From positions 27,528,001 to 27,592,000 of the forward strand of contig CM022672.1 of NCBI GenBank assembly GCA_012295275.1: 64,000 nucleotides of DNA, written 5' to 3'. How positions within the stretch are numbered: the stretch's first letter is position 1; the number at the start of each line of letters is the position of its first letter. A model generated the notes under the pieces. That model had not been told where the DNA came from, ran no database searches, and saw nothing but the letters and a program-made list of their open reading frames with translations. The position numbers were made by a program, and so were the translations under genes. Below, piece after piece: positions 14,390-28,671 of this stretch. Source of the stretch: Chrysomallon squamiferum. Taxonomy: Eukaryota > Animalia > Mollusca.

Positions 14390-16660
14390 TAAACTCTTTG
14401 TATGGCATTGGCTTATGATGATGTTTATAGTAAACTATTTGTAGGGCGTTGTCTAACAGTGTTCTTTATAATAACTCTTTGTAGGGCATTGTCTAATTGT
14501 CTTCTTTATATTAAACTATTTGCACTTGTTACTGGTGTAACAATAATAAATTATTTGTATGGCATTGGCTAATGGTGATGTTTATAATAAATTATTTGTG
14601 TGGCACTTGTTACTGGTGTTCTTTATGATAAACTATTTGTATGGCACTTGTTCCTGGTATTCTTTATAATAAACTGTGGCATTGGCTAATGGTGTTCTTT
14701 ATAATAAACTGTGTGGCACTTGTTACTGGTGTTCTTTATGATAAACTATTTGTGTGGCATTGGCTAATGGTATTCTTTATGATAAACTATTTGTGTGGCA
14801 CTTGTTACTGGTGTTCTTTATGATAAACTATTTGTGTGGCACTTGTTACTGGTGTTCTTTATGATAAACTATTTGTGTGGCATTGGCTAATGTTCTTTAT
14901 GATAAACTATTTGTGTGGCATTGGCTAATGGTGTTTATAATAAACTATTTGTGTGGCACTTGTTCCTGGTGTTCTTTATGATAAACTATTTGTATGGCAT
15001 TTGTTCCTGGTATTCTTTATAATAAACTGTGTGGCATTGGCTAATGGTGTTTATAATAAACTATTTGTGTGGCACTTGTTCCTGGTGTTCTTTATGATAA
15101 ACTATTTGTATGGCATTTGTTCCTGGTATTCTTTATAATAAACTGTGTGGCATTGGCTAATGGTGTTTATAATAAACTATTTGTGTGGCACTTGTTCCTG
15201 GTGTTCTTTATGATAAACTATTTGTATGGCATTTGTTCCTGGTATTCTTTATAATAATCTGTGTGGCATTGGCTAATGGTGTTTATAATGAACTATTTGT
15301 GTGGCACTTGTTCCTGGTGTTCTTTATAATAAACTATTTGTGTGGCACTTGTTACTGGTATTCTTTATAATAAACTATTTGTGTGGCACTTGTTCCTGGT
15401 GTTCTTTATGATAAACTATTTGTGTGGCATTGGCTAATGTTCTTTATAATAAGCTATTTGTGTGGCACTTGTTACTGGTGTTCTTTATAATGAACTATTT
15501 GTGTGGCATTGGCTAATATTCTTTATAATGAACTATTTGTGTGGCACTTGTTCCTGGTGTTCTTTATGATAAACTATTTGTGTGGCATTGGCTAATGGTG
15601 TTTATAATAAACTATTTGTATGGCACTTGTTACTGGTGTTCTTTATAATGAACTATTTGTGTGGCACTTGTTCCTGGTGTTCTTTATAATAAACTATTTA
15701 TGTGGCATTGGCTAATGGTGTTCTTTATAATAAACTATTTGTGTGGCACTTGTTACTGGTGTTCTTTATAATAAACTATTTATGTGGCATTGGCTAATGG
15801 TGTTCTTTATAATAAACTATTTGTGTGGCACTTGTTCCTGGTGTTCTTTATAATAAACTATTTATGTGGCATTGGCTAATGGTGTTCTTTATAATAAACT
15901 GTGTGGCATTGGCTAATGATGTTTATAATAAACTATTTGTGTGGCACTTGTTACTGGTGTTCTTTATGATAAACTATTTGTGTGGCATTGGCTAATGGTG
16001 TTCTTTATAATAAACTGTGTGGCACTTGTTACTGGTGTTCTTTATGATAAACTATTTGTGTGGCATTGGCTAATGGTGTTCTTTATAATAAACTATTTGT
16101 GTGGCATTGGCTAATATTCTTTATAATAAACTATTTGCAAGGCACTTGTTACTGGTGTTCTTTATAATAAACTATTTGTGTGGCATTTGTTACTGGTATT
16201 CTTTATAATAAACTATTTGTGTGGCATTGGCTAATGGTTTCTTTATAATAAACTATTTGTGTGGCATTGGCTAATGTTCTTTATAATAAACTATTTGTGT
16301 GGCACTTGTTCCTGGTGTTCTTTATGATAAACTATTTGTGTGGCATTGGCTAATGTTCTTTATAATAAACTATTTGTGTGGCACTTGTTCCTGGTGTTCT
16401 TTATGATAAACTATTTGTATGGCACTTGTTACTGGTGTTCTTTACAATAAACTATATGTGTGGCACTTGTTACTGGTGTTCTTTATGATAAACTATTTGT
16501 GTGGCATTGGCTAATATTCTTTATAATAAACTATTTGTGTGGCACTTGTTCCTGGTGTTCTTTATAATAAACTATTTGTGTGGCACTTGTTCCTGGTGTT
16601 CTTTATAATAAACTATTTGTAGGGCATTGGCTAATGGTGTTCTTTATAATAAGCTATTTG
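14390..16660. repeat. Minisatellite, ~37-41-bp unit (AAACTATTTGTGTGGCAC/TT...GGTGTTCTTTATRAT), roughly 55 copies
   Basis: Directly visible tandem array with two interspersed unit variants (CACTTGTTMCTGGTG and CATTGGCTAATGGTG) and degenerate copies at the left edge. Confidence 0.95.
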
Positions 16661-17080
16661 TTGCTTATGGTTAATTATTTGTATTCAAAATCAAATTTTG
16701 GTTTAAGGATAGCTGTGACATGTATATATTGAGAAAACAACAACAAAAAAGAAATTATCTGAAATTCTGTAATTCACAGTAGTGGATTGAATATTACAAT
16801 CATTTGTTAAGTGATTTCTACTAATTTGTATGCATTTGATTCAGGTTTTGCCTCTTTCTTTTGTTGTTAAAGATGATCATAAAAATTAAAGTCGTTGCAT
16901 TTTGGTGGCATTTTTGTTTAAATTTTATTTATCTGTTTATTTGTTTTATTTTTATTTTATTATTATTATTTTTTTAAATAGTTGGCTCTGATTAAATACA
17001 TTGTAGATGTTAAAAACTGAATCAGAACATTTAGCAATATATATTTAAATGTTTCTACAAGTAGACATTTTGCTTTGCAG

Positions 17081-17196
17081 CGTACTTCAAATCTGTTTGC
17101 AGGAGATGTGGTTGGAATGACATCTGTCCAAAACTGGTGCCTAAGAAATTACAAGCCAAAATGACTAACTCACGGAGGAAATACTGTAACCAGTGA
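17081..17196 (+). CDS. BEN C-terminal variable exon P9: AYFKSVCRRCGWNDICPKLVPKKLQAKMTNSRRKYCNQ*
   Basis: ttttgctttgcag acceptor (identical to that of P10), phase 1, full motif. Confidence 0.8.
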
Positions 17197-18624
17197 TTTA
17201 TTCCGAGGAAACTTCATCAGTTTGAAAATCAGGAATAAGACATCTGTGGCATTCTAAAAGAAAAATATCTTCTGAAAAACAATTAATGCCATATCATTTG
17301 TCTTATTGTGTTAAATTGCATTTACTGGAGGCTCTTAAAAATAATGTAAAATAATTAAAAATATAATTTTGCTAGCTGACATCTTCTGAAGTTTATTAAA
17401 GGTGTGTGGATAATCTCAGTGATAAGTTTAAGATGTAGGACTGAAAATTTGTTTCTCTTCCTTGTAAATGATCAGAAGATTGGATTTTAGTGCGAGCTGA
17501 TTTGTATACAGTTACTAATCCTTTCAGTGAATAATTATAAATAGCTCCCAGCCAAATCAACAAGACTAGTTAATTCACTAGTACTTGCACTGCACACATT
17601 AGGGGTGAGTCCACTTCTTACAGCATAATGATAAAAAAATAAAAAATTCAAGTTGCTGGATAAATCTGCTTTCTGCAGTAAATGTAATTCTGAGAGGATA
17701 TACCTGCTTATCACAAGGAAAGGGTCAGTGTTAATTATTTAAATAGCAATGTTCAAGGATAAAGCTAAAATGTTTTAGTATTTGCAACTGATAATGAGAG
17801 TTTAGTGTTATTTTGTGTGTCCTTGTATGTTTACTAATTGGATAATAATATGTATGATAAATGTAAACATTTACATTTTTTGTTTTATTGTTTTGTTTTA
17901 GTTCAGTTCTGGTTTGCAGATCTAAATACTGAATGATGTATGTGACACAGTGTTGTGACAGTAGTAGTGATTGTTTTAAGCTTTTGAAAGGATCTTCATG
18001 TTTTATTGGGATGTGAAATACCAGAAAAAGGGGAAAAGGTTGTTGTAATTTTAAGTAAAGCTTCTTAAATATAATAAGTGAGTAATAAATAAAAAAAGAA
18101 ATTTAAAAAAAATTTAAAATATCTTTTTAAAAATTAGTTATTATTCTTTTTTTATTTTTTTTATTTTTAGCTTTATTTTTATTATTCTTTTTTTTTTTGG
18201 TAAAACTTCAGTAACATTTTATTTTCAGTTTTTTGTCAAACATTTTCAGTATTTTGAAGTCTGAATTGTGGATGTAAAAAGTCTAAATGTATTGACGAAC
18301 CATTTACATGATATGATAAATATATTTTTGTATATTTTAATAGGAATTTGTTGTTTAATTTACAAGTTTCAGAAAGACACTTATGGAAGATTAATTTGGT
18401 AGCAAATTAGTTATTTTCAGTAAATAAATAAATAAATAAATAATAATTTACCATCATTATTCTTCATTAATGCTGAACAAATTTCCACACATCAACTATT
18501 TTTCACCTATCAATCCATATCTATCCAGCCATTGTTTGCCACATATTTTACTAAAGACGTATTCTTCTTAGAACATTCAAAAATATCCAGACACCAACTT
18601 GACTGAAGTTGTTTTGCTTTGCAG

Positions 18625-18761
18625 ACTTCTTCCATTCTGCATGCAAGACAAAAGGATGGACAGACATGGACTCAAGACAGGTGCATAAGAAATTTCAGGA
18701 CAAAATCACAAATACTCGGAGGAAGTATGCTATTCAGAATGACACTCAGCAGTTTGACTAA
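18625..18761 (+). CDS. BEN C-terminal variable exon P10: DFFHSACKTKGWTDMDSRQVHKKFQDKITNTRRKYAIQNDTQQFD*
   Basis: ttttgctttgcag acceptor, phase 1, full motif. Confidence 0.8.
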
Positions 18762-20916
18762 AGTATATTTTCTTTTCTCTTCTCTGTGAAATGAATATAA
18801 AGAAATGCTGCAGTATTTTCTTAATAAGAAATTAGGAATGTAATGTAATGTGAAATTTAAAAAGAGCTGTTAATGCCATTCTGCATATTATAATTAAATT
18901 TTGGGTAGATTATTACAGGATGTGTTAAATTATTATATGGATGTTATCATTTTTCAATACTAAATCTATCATTTTCAGTGTAACATTTGTCACCACCATG
19001 GTCTGTTATTTTGACTGTTACAGAATTTGTCAGTACTCCAGATCTATCATTTTGACTGAATTACAACATTTGTCACCACATAAAAAGTTAAATCATTTTG
19101 ACTATATTGGTCACCATTGGTATGTTTCATTTTGACTGTTGCAGCTTAACCTCAGTAGCTTAATATATACCAATCAAGTTGGCCACTAACAATATTAAAA
19201 TTAAAAATTCCTTTAATTTAAACATGTTAATGTAATTAGGATACAGACTTTTCTGAAAAGAATATAGTCACAAAAATTTACGTTGACTACAATTCATGAA
19301 AAGTCCTGTTAGTCATTTTTGAGGCTGTTATTTAATGAGCATTCTAAACTGAAGAAGAAAATGTGTTTGAGAAGCTTCTGGTAATAATTGTGAAAGCATG
19401 TAAATTCATATCAGTGTGTGTATATAACTATTATACATATGTTTATTTTCATTATTCACCAGTTAATTCACAAGTAGTTGAATTTGGTTGTTGAGAACAG
19501 TAATGGGCGATTATTTTTTGTTGGTTTAATATTAATTTGCAAGATGGACGCTTGATGAAGAAAGGAAGACACTGAATGAAAGTTTATCTTTTAAAATGTA
19601 TTTTCATTTATATACGTTTTTGTTTTATGCTTCTTTCACACCATTTTTTATTGAATATTGTTTTGTTTTTTACTTCATAAGTGGACATTTGAAATAAACT
19701 GAAATGTTTATCAACTTTACCTTTTGTTTTGTTATATAATTCAGATGCTCTGTTTAATTTCTGGTTTCTAAACACGCCCTCAAAAAATTGTAGAAAATGA
19801 CCAGAATCCCAAACAAATAAAACAGTCTCTTCCAAAGCTTGTATTCTTTTTAATTTCTGATTTGTAAACACCCACCACAAAAACAAAAAACAAAAAAAAT
19901 AAATAAATAAAACAATTCTAATAATAATAATAAAAATAGTAATAATAATAACAATAATAATAATAACAATGATGATGATGATAAATGAATAAATATAATG
20001 AACAAAACCCCCAAACAAATAAAACAGGATTTATCTTCCAAAGTTTGTCAGTGATGTATCATTTATGTGTTACATATAAAAAATCTTTAGCAGCTAAATG
20101 ATAAATATAACCTACAGAATTAATATTGTACAAAAACAACATGTCTGACACCTAATAAATGTGTTGATAAAAATGACATTCTTGTTCATTATTTAAATTT
20201 CCTTTTTCTTTTTTCTTTCCATTTTTCTTTCTTTTCTTTTCTTTTTCTTATTTTTTGGTTTCTGTATTTAATTTGTTAGGATTATAATTATTCTGACTTT
20301 GTGATGAAATATTCAGATATTACTTTACAGAAATAACTGAGAAAAGATTTTAAAATATTTATTTGTAATAACAAAAAGAAACTCTTTGACTTCCACTCAA
20401 ACAACTCATCCTTAAAGAATCCTACAACTAATGGATTATTTTAAATAAAATTCTTAGTGTTTTTTTGTGTCGCTTATTTATTTGTTTATGTTTAATAATG
20501 AATGGTTTTATCTAGAATTGAGAACTTAATGATGAATTATTTTTATTATGTCTATCTTAACTTGAGTTATCCCAGTATTCCTTGAAGTTTATTTGATTTA
20601 CTTTTTTTACAAGTCTCTAAAAAACAGCTACCTATAAATTCAATTATTTTTATTTTGTCTCTACATAAACTAGAATTATACCCAGCATACCTTGAAGTTT
20701 ATTTGACTTAAATGAGTCTGTAGATAATAATCAGTATAAAATCAAATGGGATAATGGATGGATGAAATAAAAATTGGACTGTAGTGAATTTAGTTCTATA
20801 AATATTTTTAATAAGTAACAACACACACAGTTATATAATTTCCAGAGAAAATATCTGGGTTTTTTAATATCATCATCACCAGGTGTTAAGTGTGCATCTG
20901 TTATTTTTTGTTTCAG

Positions 20917-21071
20917 CCTTTCTGAAGGAAGTAACCGTGCAGACGAAGTGGACTTTATTGAATCCAAGACAAATCATAAAGAAATTCCAAGATAAAGTGA
21001 CAAACACACGCAAGAAACTGATTATGTCAGGATACCCTCTGCTCGACAGTTCTTCACTGTCTTCTAGCTAG
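20917..21071 (+). CDS. BEN C-terminal variable exon P11: AFLKEVTVQTKWTLLNPRQIIKKFQDKVTNTRKKLIMSGYPLLDSSSLSSS*
   Basis: tttttgtttcag acceptor, phase 1, full motif. Confidence 0.8.
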
Positions 21072-21099
21072 AAATTTTAATTTTAATTTTATATATAAC

Positions 21100-21435
21100 A
21101 TAAACAGTTCATGTTTAAAAATAAAAACAACAAAACAGAACAAAAAATAGTTCATTTTGTTAAAAAGAAAAGAAAAACATTTCATGTTGTAAAAAGAAAA
21201 AACACAAAAAACAACAACAAAAAACCCAGTTTATTTTGTTAAAAATCAAAAAAGATAAAACAATAAAAACATTCATTTTGTAAAAATAAAAACAATAACG
21301 ACACAAAAAAACTCTTCATTTTGTGAAAATAAATTAGAAAAACAAAAAACATTTCATTTTATGAAAATAAAAAAGACAAATGAAAAAACAGTTCATTTTG
21401 TAAAAGTAAAAAACACAAAAAACACTTCATGCTAT
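21100..21435. repeat. Degenerate A-rich tandem repeat (AAAACA.TTCATTTTGT.AAAA)
   Basis: About 9 imperfect copies just 3' of exon P11. Confidence 0.6.
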
Positions 21436-22882
21436 AAAAATGTTTTTAAAAAAATCTTTGGAAAAAACGTAGTTGACTAAAAGTAACAAATAGCTGGAAT
21501 GATGTGTTGTATCTCATTTCATTCAAGGTGCCATTATTTGTCTAAGACAAAGAAAAACATTTTAAAGATTTGTTGTTCAAACCTGATAAAAGTCTTGAAA
21601 AAACACTTTTGGTATCTAATAATTCCTAACATATGTTAAAATTTTATTTGCCTTTGTTTGCCTAATCCCAGACTTCTGTATATAGAAAATTTAGTTCTTG
21701 TTTTTTTGTTTGTTTTTTTTAAACTATGTTTTAACTATGCATGGTTTCTCAATAATTGATACCAATTTTGTTATATTTTCCAATATAAATACTTTGGAGC
21801 AAGTTCATTTTTGTTATTATTATTATTATTTTTTTTTTTTTAGATGAACTGTTTATAACTAACTTTTTCACACAAGTTGTTGTCTACTATATATAGTAGT
21901 TGAAAAAAATCATATTTCTCATGATGGAAAGTGCTGTGAACAATATATCTACACTAGCTGTACAAACACTGTAAACACAGAGTCAAACACACCACACTCT
22001 GTATTTCTGCATGTTGTCTGGATAATGTTTTTATCACACGAATCATTTGCTTTCCCTGGGATACATAATAAATATACAGTATATCAACAATAATGCTCAA
22101 TCAATACTTAATACATTTATATGAAAACTGTTACTTGCTGTAGTTCATATATTAATATATTACATCTTGAATATATTGTATATCAATGATAATGGTATAA
22201 TCAATACTAAATACATTTATACAAAACTTATTAACTGCTATAGTTCATATAAATATATAATATCTTAAGTATATAGTATATGAATGATAATGCTATAATC
22301 AATACTTCTTAATACATGTATATGTAAATCTGCAATTTTTTTATGTAATGTGTTATATGCCTTATGCAACATCTGTTTATGTAATATTTGCTCTGTTCTT
22401 GAATGCAGTGTAATATAACACTTATAATGTGAAAATACATTTATCTGCTGTAGCCAAAACACATTATAAGCATTACTTGCTATGTACAAAGCCTAGTAAG
22501 GACAAATATTTATTGAATCTTTGGTGTCAGTAATATTTAGTAAATATGTTCAAGACTGATTAAAAACAGAATTTAGTATGTATAATATGTATCAAGACTT
22601 TGGTGCATGTAATATTTACTAGACATATTCAGTATATAGTATGTACAAGACTGATAAAAGCTGAATTTTGTTTGTGATATATTTATCGAGTCACTGGAAT
22701 GTGTTATATTTAATACAAACACATTTTTTAAAAATAAACAGTACAATTAAAGGGAAGGGAACAAAATAATAATAATAATAATACAAATTTTTAAAATGTT
22801 TTAACCTGGCCCCAAAACCCCATTCCATAAAGTTAATGATTAAAACAATATAAGTGTTGACTCAATGTTATTCTATTTGCAG

Positions 22883-23013
22883 AATTTGTCCTGTTGTTAA
22901 GCAAGATGGCAGGTTGGCCTGTAATGGAATCAAAACAAATGCATGCAAAATTCAAGGACAAGATAACAAACGCTCGGAAGAAGTCCTTCATTGCAGCTAA
23001 TCTCAACAAATAA
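22883..23013 (+). CDS. BEN C-terminal variable exon P12: EFVLLLSKMAGWPVMESKQMHAKFKDKITNARKKSFIAANLNK*
   Basis: ttctatttgcag acceptor, phase 1, full motif. Confidence 0.8.
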
Positions 23014-23607
23014 AAAATTTGATAACAAAGGTTGTGTCAGAAAAAAAGAAAAAAAAAGAATGTAAAACAAGAAGAGTGAAAAAAAGAAAAAGGCCACTGT
23101 ACAGTAAACTCTTATAATGGCATACAGTGTGCTACAATATTGTAGTCAGTATGACTTATTTGGATTTTACAGTAAACAGTTTTCTGATAGTTGCAGTTTT
23201 AACAATTGTTAATAGTATCTGTAGGACAGGTTTTAACACAAATAGGTAAAATCACAAGTGTCCTGAAAATCTGGTTTGTACAGAAGATTGGGAATACTGG
23301 AAGCATATGTCTGCCAACAAGCAGTTAATAAACAGTGCAGGAAGAACCAATAAGTACATGATAGTAACACTGCTGTCATTCAGATCTGTGAAGAAAAGTA
23401 TTTAATACTCCATAACATATAGCATTTACTTAACACAAAACCCCCAAAATATAATTTTGCACTGCCTGACAGATGTCACCCATCACATGGAGCAAAGACC
23501 AAAGTTGCATTTTGGCTACTTGGAATTATGGACATTTTCAGATTTCTGACCCCATAAGCTTCATTTTGATACCCAGTTCTTCCAAATATATTGCCTAATA
23601 TATCCAG

Positions 23608-23645
<38 letters not shown>

Positions 23646-23978
23646 TTTTTTAACTAAATATCAAAATTAAAAAGTTTTGTGTTACTTCTCTGTTGCTGCT
23701 AAAGATCAGTACTTGCTGTGCCGCCTAAGACCTGGTTCCATGTAACAGATCACATATACAATACTAACATGCAGAATTACTGTGTGTAACGTACAGATGC
23801 AGTATTACTGTGTATAACACAGATACAGTAATTGGTGTTATATAATTTTATATAATATTACTGTATACAAATATTTGTACATGTGTTTGTAAAGTTATTA
23901 CACAGTTAAATATTTTACTATGTTGGCATTTTTGTTTTTTAGGGGTTTTTGGTGAGCTGTTTTGTTGTGGGGGTTGTG

Positions 23979-24009
<31 letters not shown>

Positions 24010-25665
24010 TTTAAATTTGAATTGGATTTATTATTGTTTTTAAGTTTTACTCATCTAAATGAAAGTTCCTGTCACATAAAAAAATTATGTTTTCATTTGT
24101 AATTGGACTGTTTTTGCAATTTATTTGGTTTGTTTGCATAACAGATCATAATTATAATTATATAAATACCCATATTTGTTGCTTAACTGAATACATTATA
24201 GTTGAATACAAATAAACAAACAAACAATAAATAAATAAATAAATAAAAAAATAAAAAAAAACAACAGTGACAACAACACCAAACAAACAAACAAACAAAT
24301 GAAAAAAGATAAAATGAATCAGGACATATACAAAATGTTGAAAACTTTTACATATTCCCAGATGAATTGCTGGTTTGAGGAAATTGAAAAATGAAAAAAG
24401 AACACAAAACAAATAAAAATCACCAAAGAAGAAGAAGATTTTTCAGATTAGGACTGGAAAAAGAAATCAGACATGGAGAAGATTTATATTACTGTTTTAC
24501 TTAGCAGTGGTTTTACACATTCAGAGATTCAAATATTTATTTATCCTTCCTGCAATTGCTGTAATAGTTGCAAAATATGATGACTAGGCACATTTCTGTA
24601 TCTTCAAGCATTAACCAAAAATATAGTTTTTATTTTTTTTTTTTTTTTTTTTTTTTTTGAACTTCAATAAATTACTTGTTATTATATATATTGTTAAAAG
24701 TTTCTTCTTTAGTGTTTGGTTAAAAAAAAATTTCATTTAATAAATCATTGTTATTTTTTAAGAATTGCTTTGTTTTGATGGGTAGGCAACGATGAAGTAA
24801 ATACTGGTCAATCCAGTGATGAACATTTAGAACTGAAGGATAAAAAGAAAAATAACTGTTTGCTGTCTTAACACATCTGTTTTATCCTGTTCATGTCAAA
24901 TGACTAAAGTTGATAAACTGAAGACTCTAAGCAGTTACATCCTGTTTGTTTACATAAATGCATGCACACACACAAATACATAATTTAAAAAAAAAAGTTT
25001 GTGGATGAAGAATAAACAAATAAATCATCACTGTAGTTACATTTCACAAACCAAGTTTTTATTTTTCTAAGTATGTGTTGGTTCCGCAGTGTGGTGACAT
25101 TATTTTCAAACAGCTGCTGGTTGTCTGATGTGAGAGTTGGTGAAAGGATGAGGTGTTGAAGAATTAGTTTTGGAAGCAATTGGAGAATAGATAAATCTTG
25201 TAGAGCCTTAATTTACAAATGACTGAACGGTTTCAAATGATAAAACAGTGATGATGGTGATGATAATCATAATAATAATAAATGAAAATAATTTAATGCA
25301 TCTACAAGGATGCAATGTCTAAATCAAAAATCTTTCAGAATAATACATTAGTTGTTCAAGTGCATCCATTAAAGAAAATAATTTATCACTTTTTGTTTAT
25401 AGTGTTCTTCAAATCGGAGTGTTTCTTACTTATTTAGTGATGTGGTTTATTTATTTATTTATTTATTTTAAACCTGATTTTATTTTGTTTTTTTTGTCTG
25501 AATAAATAGTAAATAATGAGGTCTGAATGTGATACTGTGTATATAGCTACCTGAACTGGGGGAATAAAAAAGATAATTGTATGTCAGATGTCATGAATGT
25601 GTTTTTTCAGTAAAGTTACCACTGCTTTGGCAAATGGCATTTATGATGGTTGTTTTACTTTACAG

Positions 25666-25808
25666 TGTTCATAGAATCCAGCAGCAAAGTTCAAGGCTGG
25701 GATGCACTGGATCAAAGGCGGCTGCAAAAGAAAATTTTAGACAAAATGGCCAACAAAAGGAGGAAAACAGTACACATGAACAAAACTTTCGTAGACATAA
25801 ATGGCTGA
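25666..25808 (+). CDS. BEN C-terminal variable exon P13: VFIESSSKVQGWDALDQRRLQKKILDKMANKRRKTVHMNKTFVDING*
   Basis: ttactttacag acceptor, phase 1, full motif. Confidence 0.8.
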
Positions 25809-25884
25809 ACATCAGAAATTAAAAAAAAGCTTTAGTATAATTAAAATATGTATAGAAAATAGAAGTAGTTATTTTTATTATTTA

Positions 25885-25922
25885 TTATTATTATCATTAT
25901 TATAATTATCATTATCATTATC

Positions 25923-25982
<60 letters not shown>
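25885..25982. repeat. (ATCATT)n/(ATT)n microsatellite
   Basis: Visible simple repeat. Confidence 0.9.
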
Positions 25983-26276
25983 TTAATGTTAAACTAGAAG
26001 TCAGCTTGTATCATCACAAAGCAGCATAAAATTTCAGGATGCCAAAATAACATTTACTGTAAATAAATTATAAGTATTTTCACTGGTGGTGTGTGCTTAC
26101 AATTGACAGTGATTTTTTGCATTGTAGGTGCTTCTTTGATTGTAAGTTAAAACTCAGATTTGATCTATTCTCCAATTATTTCCAAAAATAATTAACTTAA
26201 CCACCCATTATTTTTCACATTCTTTTAAATCAAATTGACAACAGCTGTTTGAAAACAATGCTACCACTATGTGAAC

Positions 26277-26278
<2 letters not shown>

Positions 26279-26332
<54 letters not shown>
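26279..26332. repeat. (CA)n microsatellite
   Basis: Visible simple repeat; similar (TG)n/(CA)n tracts at ~23611, 28633, 32384, 47977, 50581, 60331. Confidence 0.9.
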
Positions 26333-26334
<2 letters not shown>

Positions 26335-27315
26335 GGATATAAATACATATGCTTTTTTTTTCTCTCAAATATTGATAGTGTTTGAATTGCAGATTTATGT
26401 TTAGACATATCTGATCATCATTAATAAATGAATAAAACAAAATTAAAGAAAAAAAAGAAGTAAAAATTTCACTTCAATTAATATTACCTTTTGGATTGTT
26501 TATTCAGTCAGCCAGTTTGTATTTATTTCATTCTTTTAAACATTTCATCTGTGCCATTCATTTTCCTCACTTCTGCTGTTTCTATAGAAACATTCAGCTT
26601 GTTATAAAGTCATCTTCTGCCTTCAAATACTTTAAATCTGTTTCTGACATTTTCCCCCACTTTCCAATACTGAGAAGCAGGCTTTCACTTGGTGATGCAT
26701 CAAAGATAGTAGCTGTCAGTTATACATCAGAAATGGTGTCAGTTATGCATTAGAGACAGTTACTGTCAGATATACATCAGAGACAACTGTTGTCAGGAAT
26801 ACATCAGAAATGTTTGTTGTTGCTGATACATCAGAGATAGTTGTTGAGATAGGCTTTTTCCTATTCCAGGTGATATCTCTTGACAAGATGCATCAGTGGT
26901 ATTAGTATCAGTGTGAGAGTGCACATAAAAGAGTTCTTGCTGTTGGTTGTTAACATTATTAAACTTTGGTTTAGTCGCAGTGGTTTCTTTCTTAACCAGT
27001 AGGTTTTACCAAGTAACCATTAAATGACTAACATAAATATATTTTCAGATTTCATTAAACATAAATTTATTTTTAATTTATTCAGAATGTGTGTCTAAGA
27101 ATTATTTTACTCTAGTTAATGTTACTGGATTAAAAACATTAAACATCACATACCTTTCTTTTGTTAGTTTTATTTAAGGGTTCACATACATCATTATTTT
27201 TATTTTTATTGATTGCTATATAGTTTTTGTGATCCCAGTGAATGTCATTCTAGGGGACTGCACACAGTAATGAATAATCTCTTTAGTTTGACTGTTGCTT
27301 CATGTTTTATTTCAG

Positions 27316-27443
27316 AGTTTATACACTTAGTTTGCAAGGTCAATGGGCATCCACCACTACAAAGCAAGGATATCCACCGAAGATTCACCAATAAATGTTC
27401 ATATGCAAGACTGTTGAAGAACAATCGTGCTGCTATGACATAA
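27316..27443 (+). CDS. BEN C-terminal variable exon P14: EFIHLVCKVNGHPPLQSKDIHRRFTNKCSYARLLKNNRAAMT*
   Basis: ttttatttcag acceptor, phase 1, motif with H at position 12. Confidence 0.8.
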
Positions 27444-28166
27444 ACTAAATGAGTGTCTTCATGTTTTAAATAAGTGTAAATTTACAACTATTTGTAGTTT
27501 TAGTGACAATTCAAACACTGGATAATGTTCAGGTGGGTCTAGATCACTGATTCCCAATGTTTTCAGCACCAGAATCTTCAAAGTTTGATACTGTATTGTT
27601 TTTTTATCTTATGAATGAAAACAGATTTATAATTAGAATAGTTCCCTAATTTTTTTAATAATTTTTTAAATTTAAATAATTATACAAATATACATCAAGT
27701 AAATTAAAAGGAAATAAAGATTATGTAAACGAATGATGCTATACTTTGACTGCTACAAGTTGACCCATAGTGTTGTGAATTAAGATCATCTTAAATCTAG
27801 ACATAATTTAAATGCAGCTCAATATCACTTTCTTTAAAATTCATACCAGATTTAATATCAAACAGTTAATGTTTCAAAATAAAATAATTCTCAAGGCACA
27901 TGATGCCAATTGTAATGTTTATTTTAATGAAAATGAAACAAATGTGATTGCTCAGTTCAGTTTTTACAAACTACCACCTGAGGCTATAAATCTAGCATTT
28001 TTTAAAGTGCAAAACTCCAACCATTAATTTATCATTTTCATATTCTAAATTTGTCAAAAGTGGTGGAAAAAAATCATTGATGTTTCTTTTAAAATACTTG
28101 GACCCTACCACAGAGTGCTGACTTCTGAAAGCTGACAAGACAAAGCCAGCAGCCAAGTTTTAAAAA

Positions 28167-28309
28167 ACTTTAACATTCTTTATCTGCTGTAGATATAGTC
28201 CTGATGAACAGTAAGACTTTAACATTCTTTATCTGCTGTAGATATAGTCCTGATGAACAGTAAGACTTTAACATTATTTATCTGCTGTAGATATAGTCCT
28301 GATGAACAG
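28167..28309. repeat. Tandem repeat, 49-bp unit x ~3
   Basis: ACTTTAACATTCTTTATCTGCTGTAGATATAGTCCTGATGAACAGTAAG repeated nearly perfectly. Confidence 0.9.
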
Positions 28310-28627
28310 TCTTACTAACAGGTTTTACTGACATGAAGGTTTAATACAGAGGCTGTGCTTCACAGCAGTTTGAATCTCATGCCTAGAGACAGTTTATTAC
28401 TTTTTTCTTTTTCTCCATGAAATTTCATGACACCCTTTGCTGATTTTGTGCCAGTTGGGAATCTGTGCTCTAGATCCTGCTAATTTCTGTATGAAAGTAT
28501 CTGTTATAAATATTTCTAAATTAACTTCAGATTCTGCATGTCATATTAAGTATGTAATAATGATTAATTATATCTTATAGAAATCATTAAACTGTCAGCT
28601 GGTGAAATCCTAATATGTGTAATGTGC

Positions 28628-28671
<44 letters not shown>

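Noticed and set aside
14641-15370. Four near-identical ~60-aa ORFs; the array superficially resembles a CRISPR array
   Set aside because: These are translations of the minisatellite. There are no unique spacers and no cas genes, and the context is eukaryotic.
24786-24871. Phase-1 open segment GNDEVNTGQSSDEHLELKDKKKNNCLLS*
   Set aside because: Poor acceptor context (gatgggtag) and no family motif.
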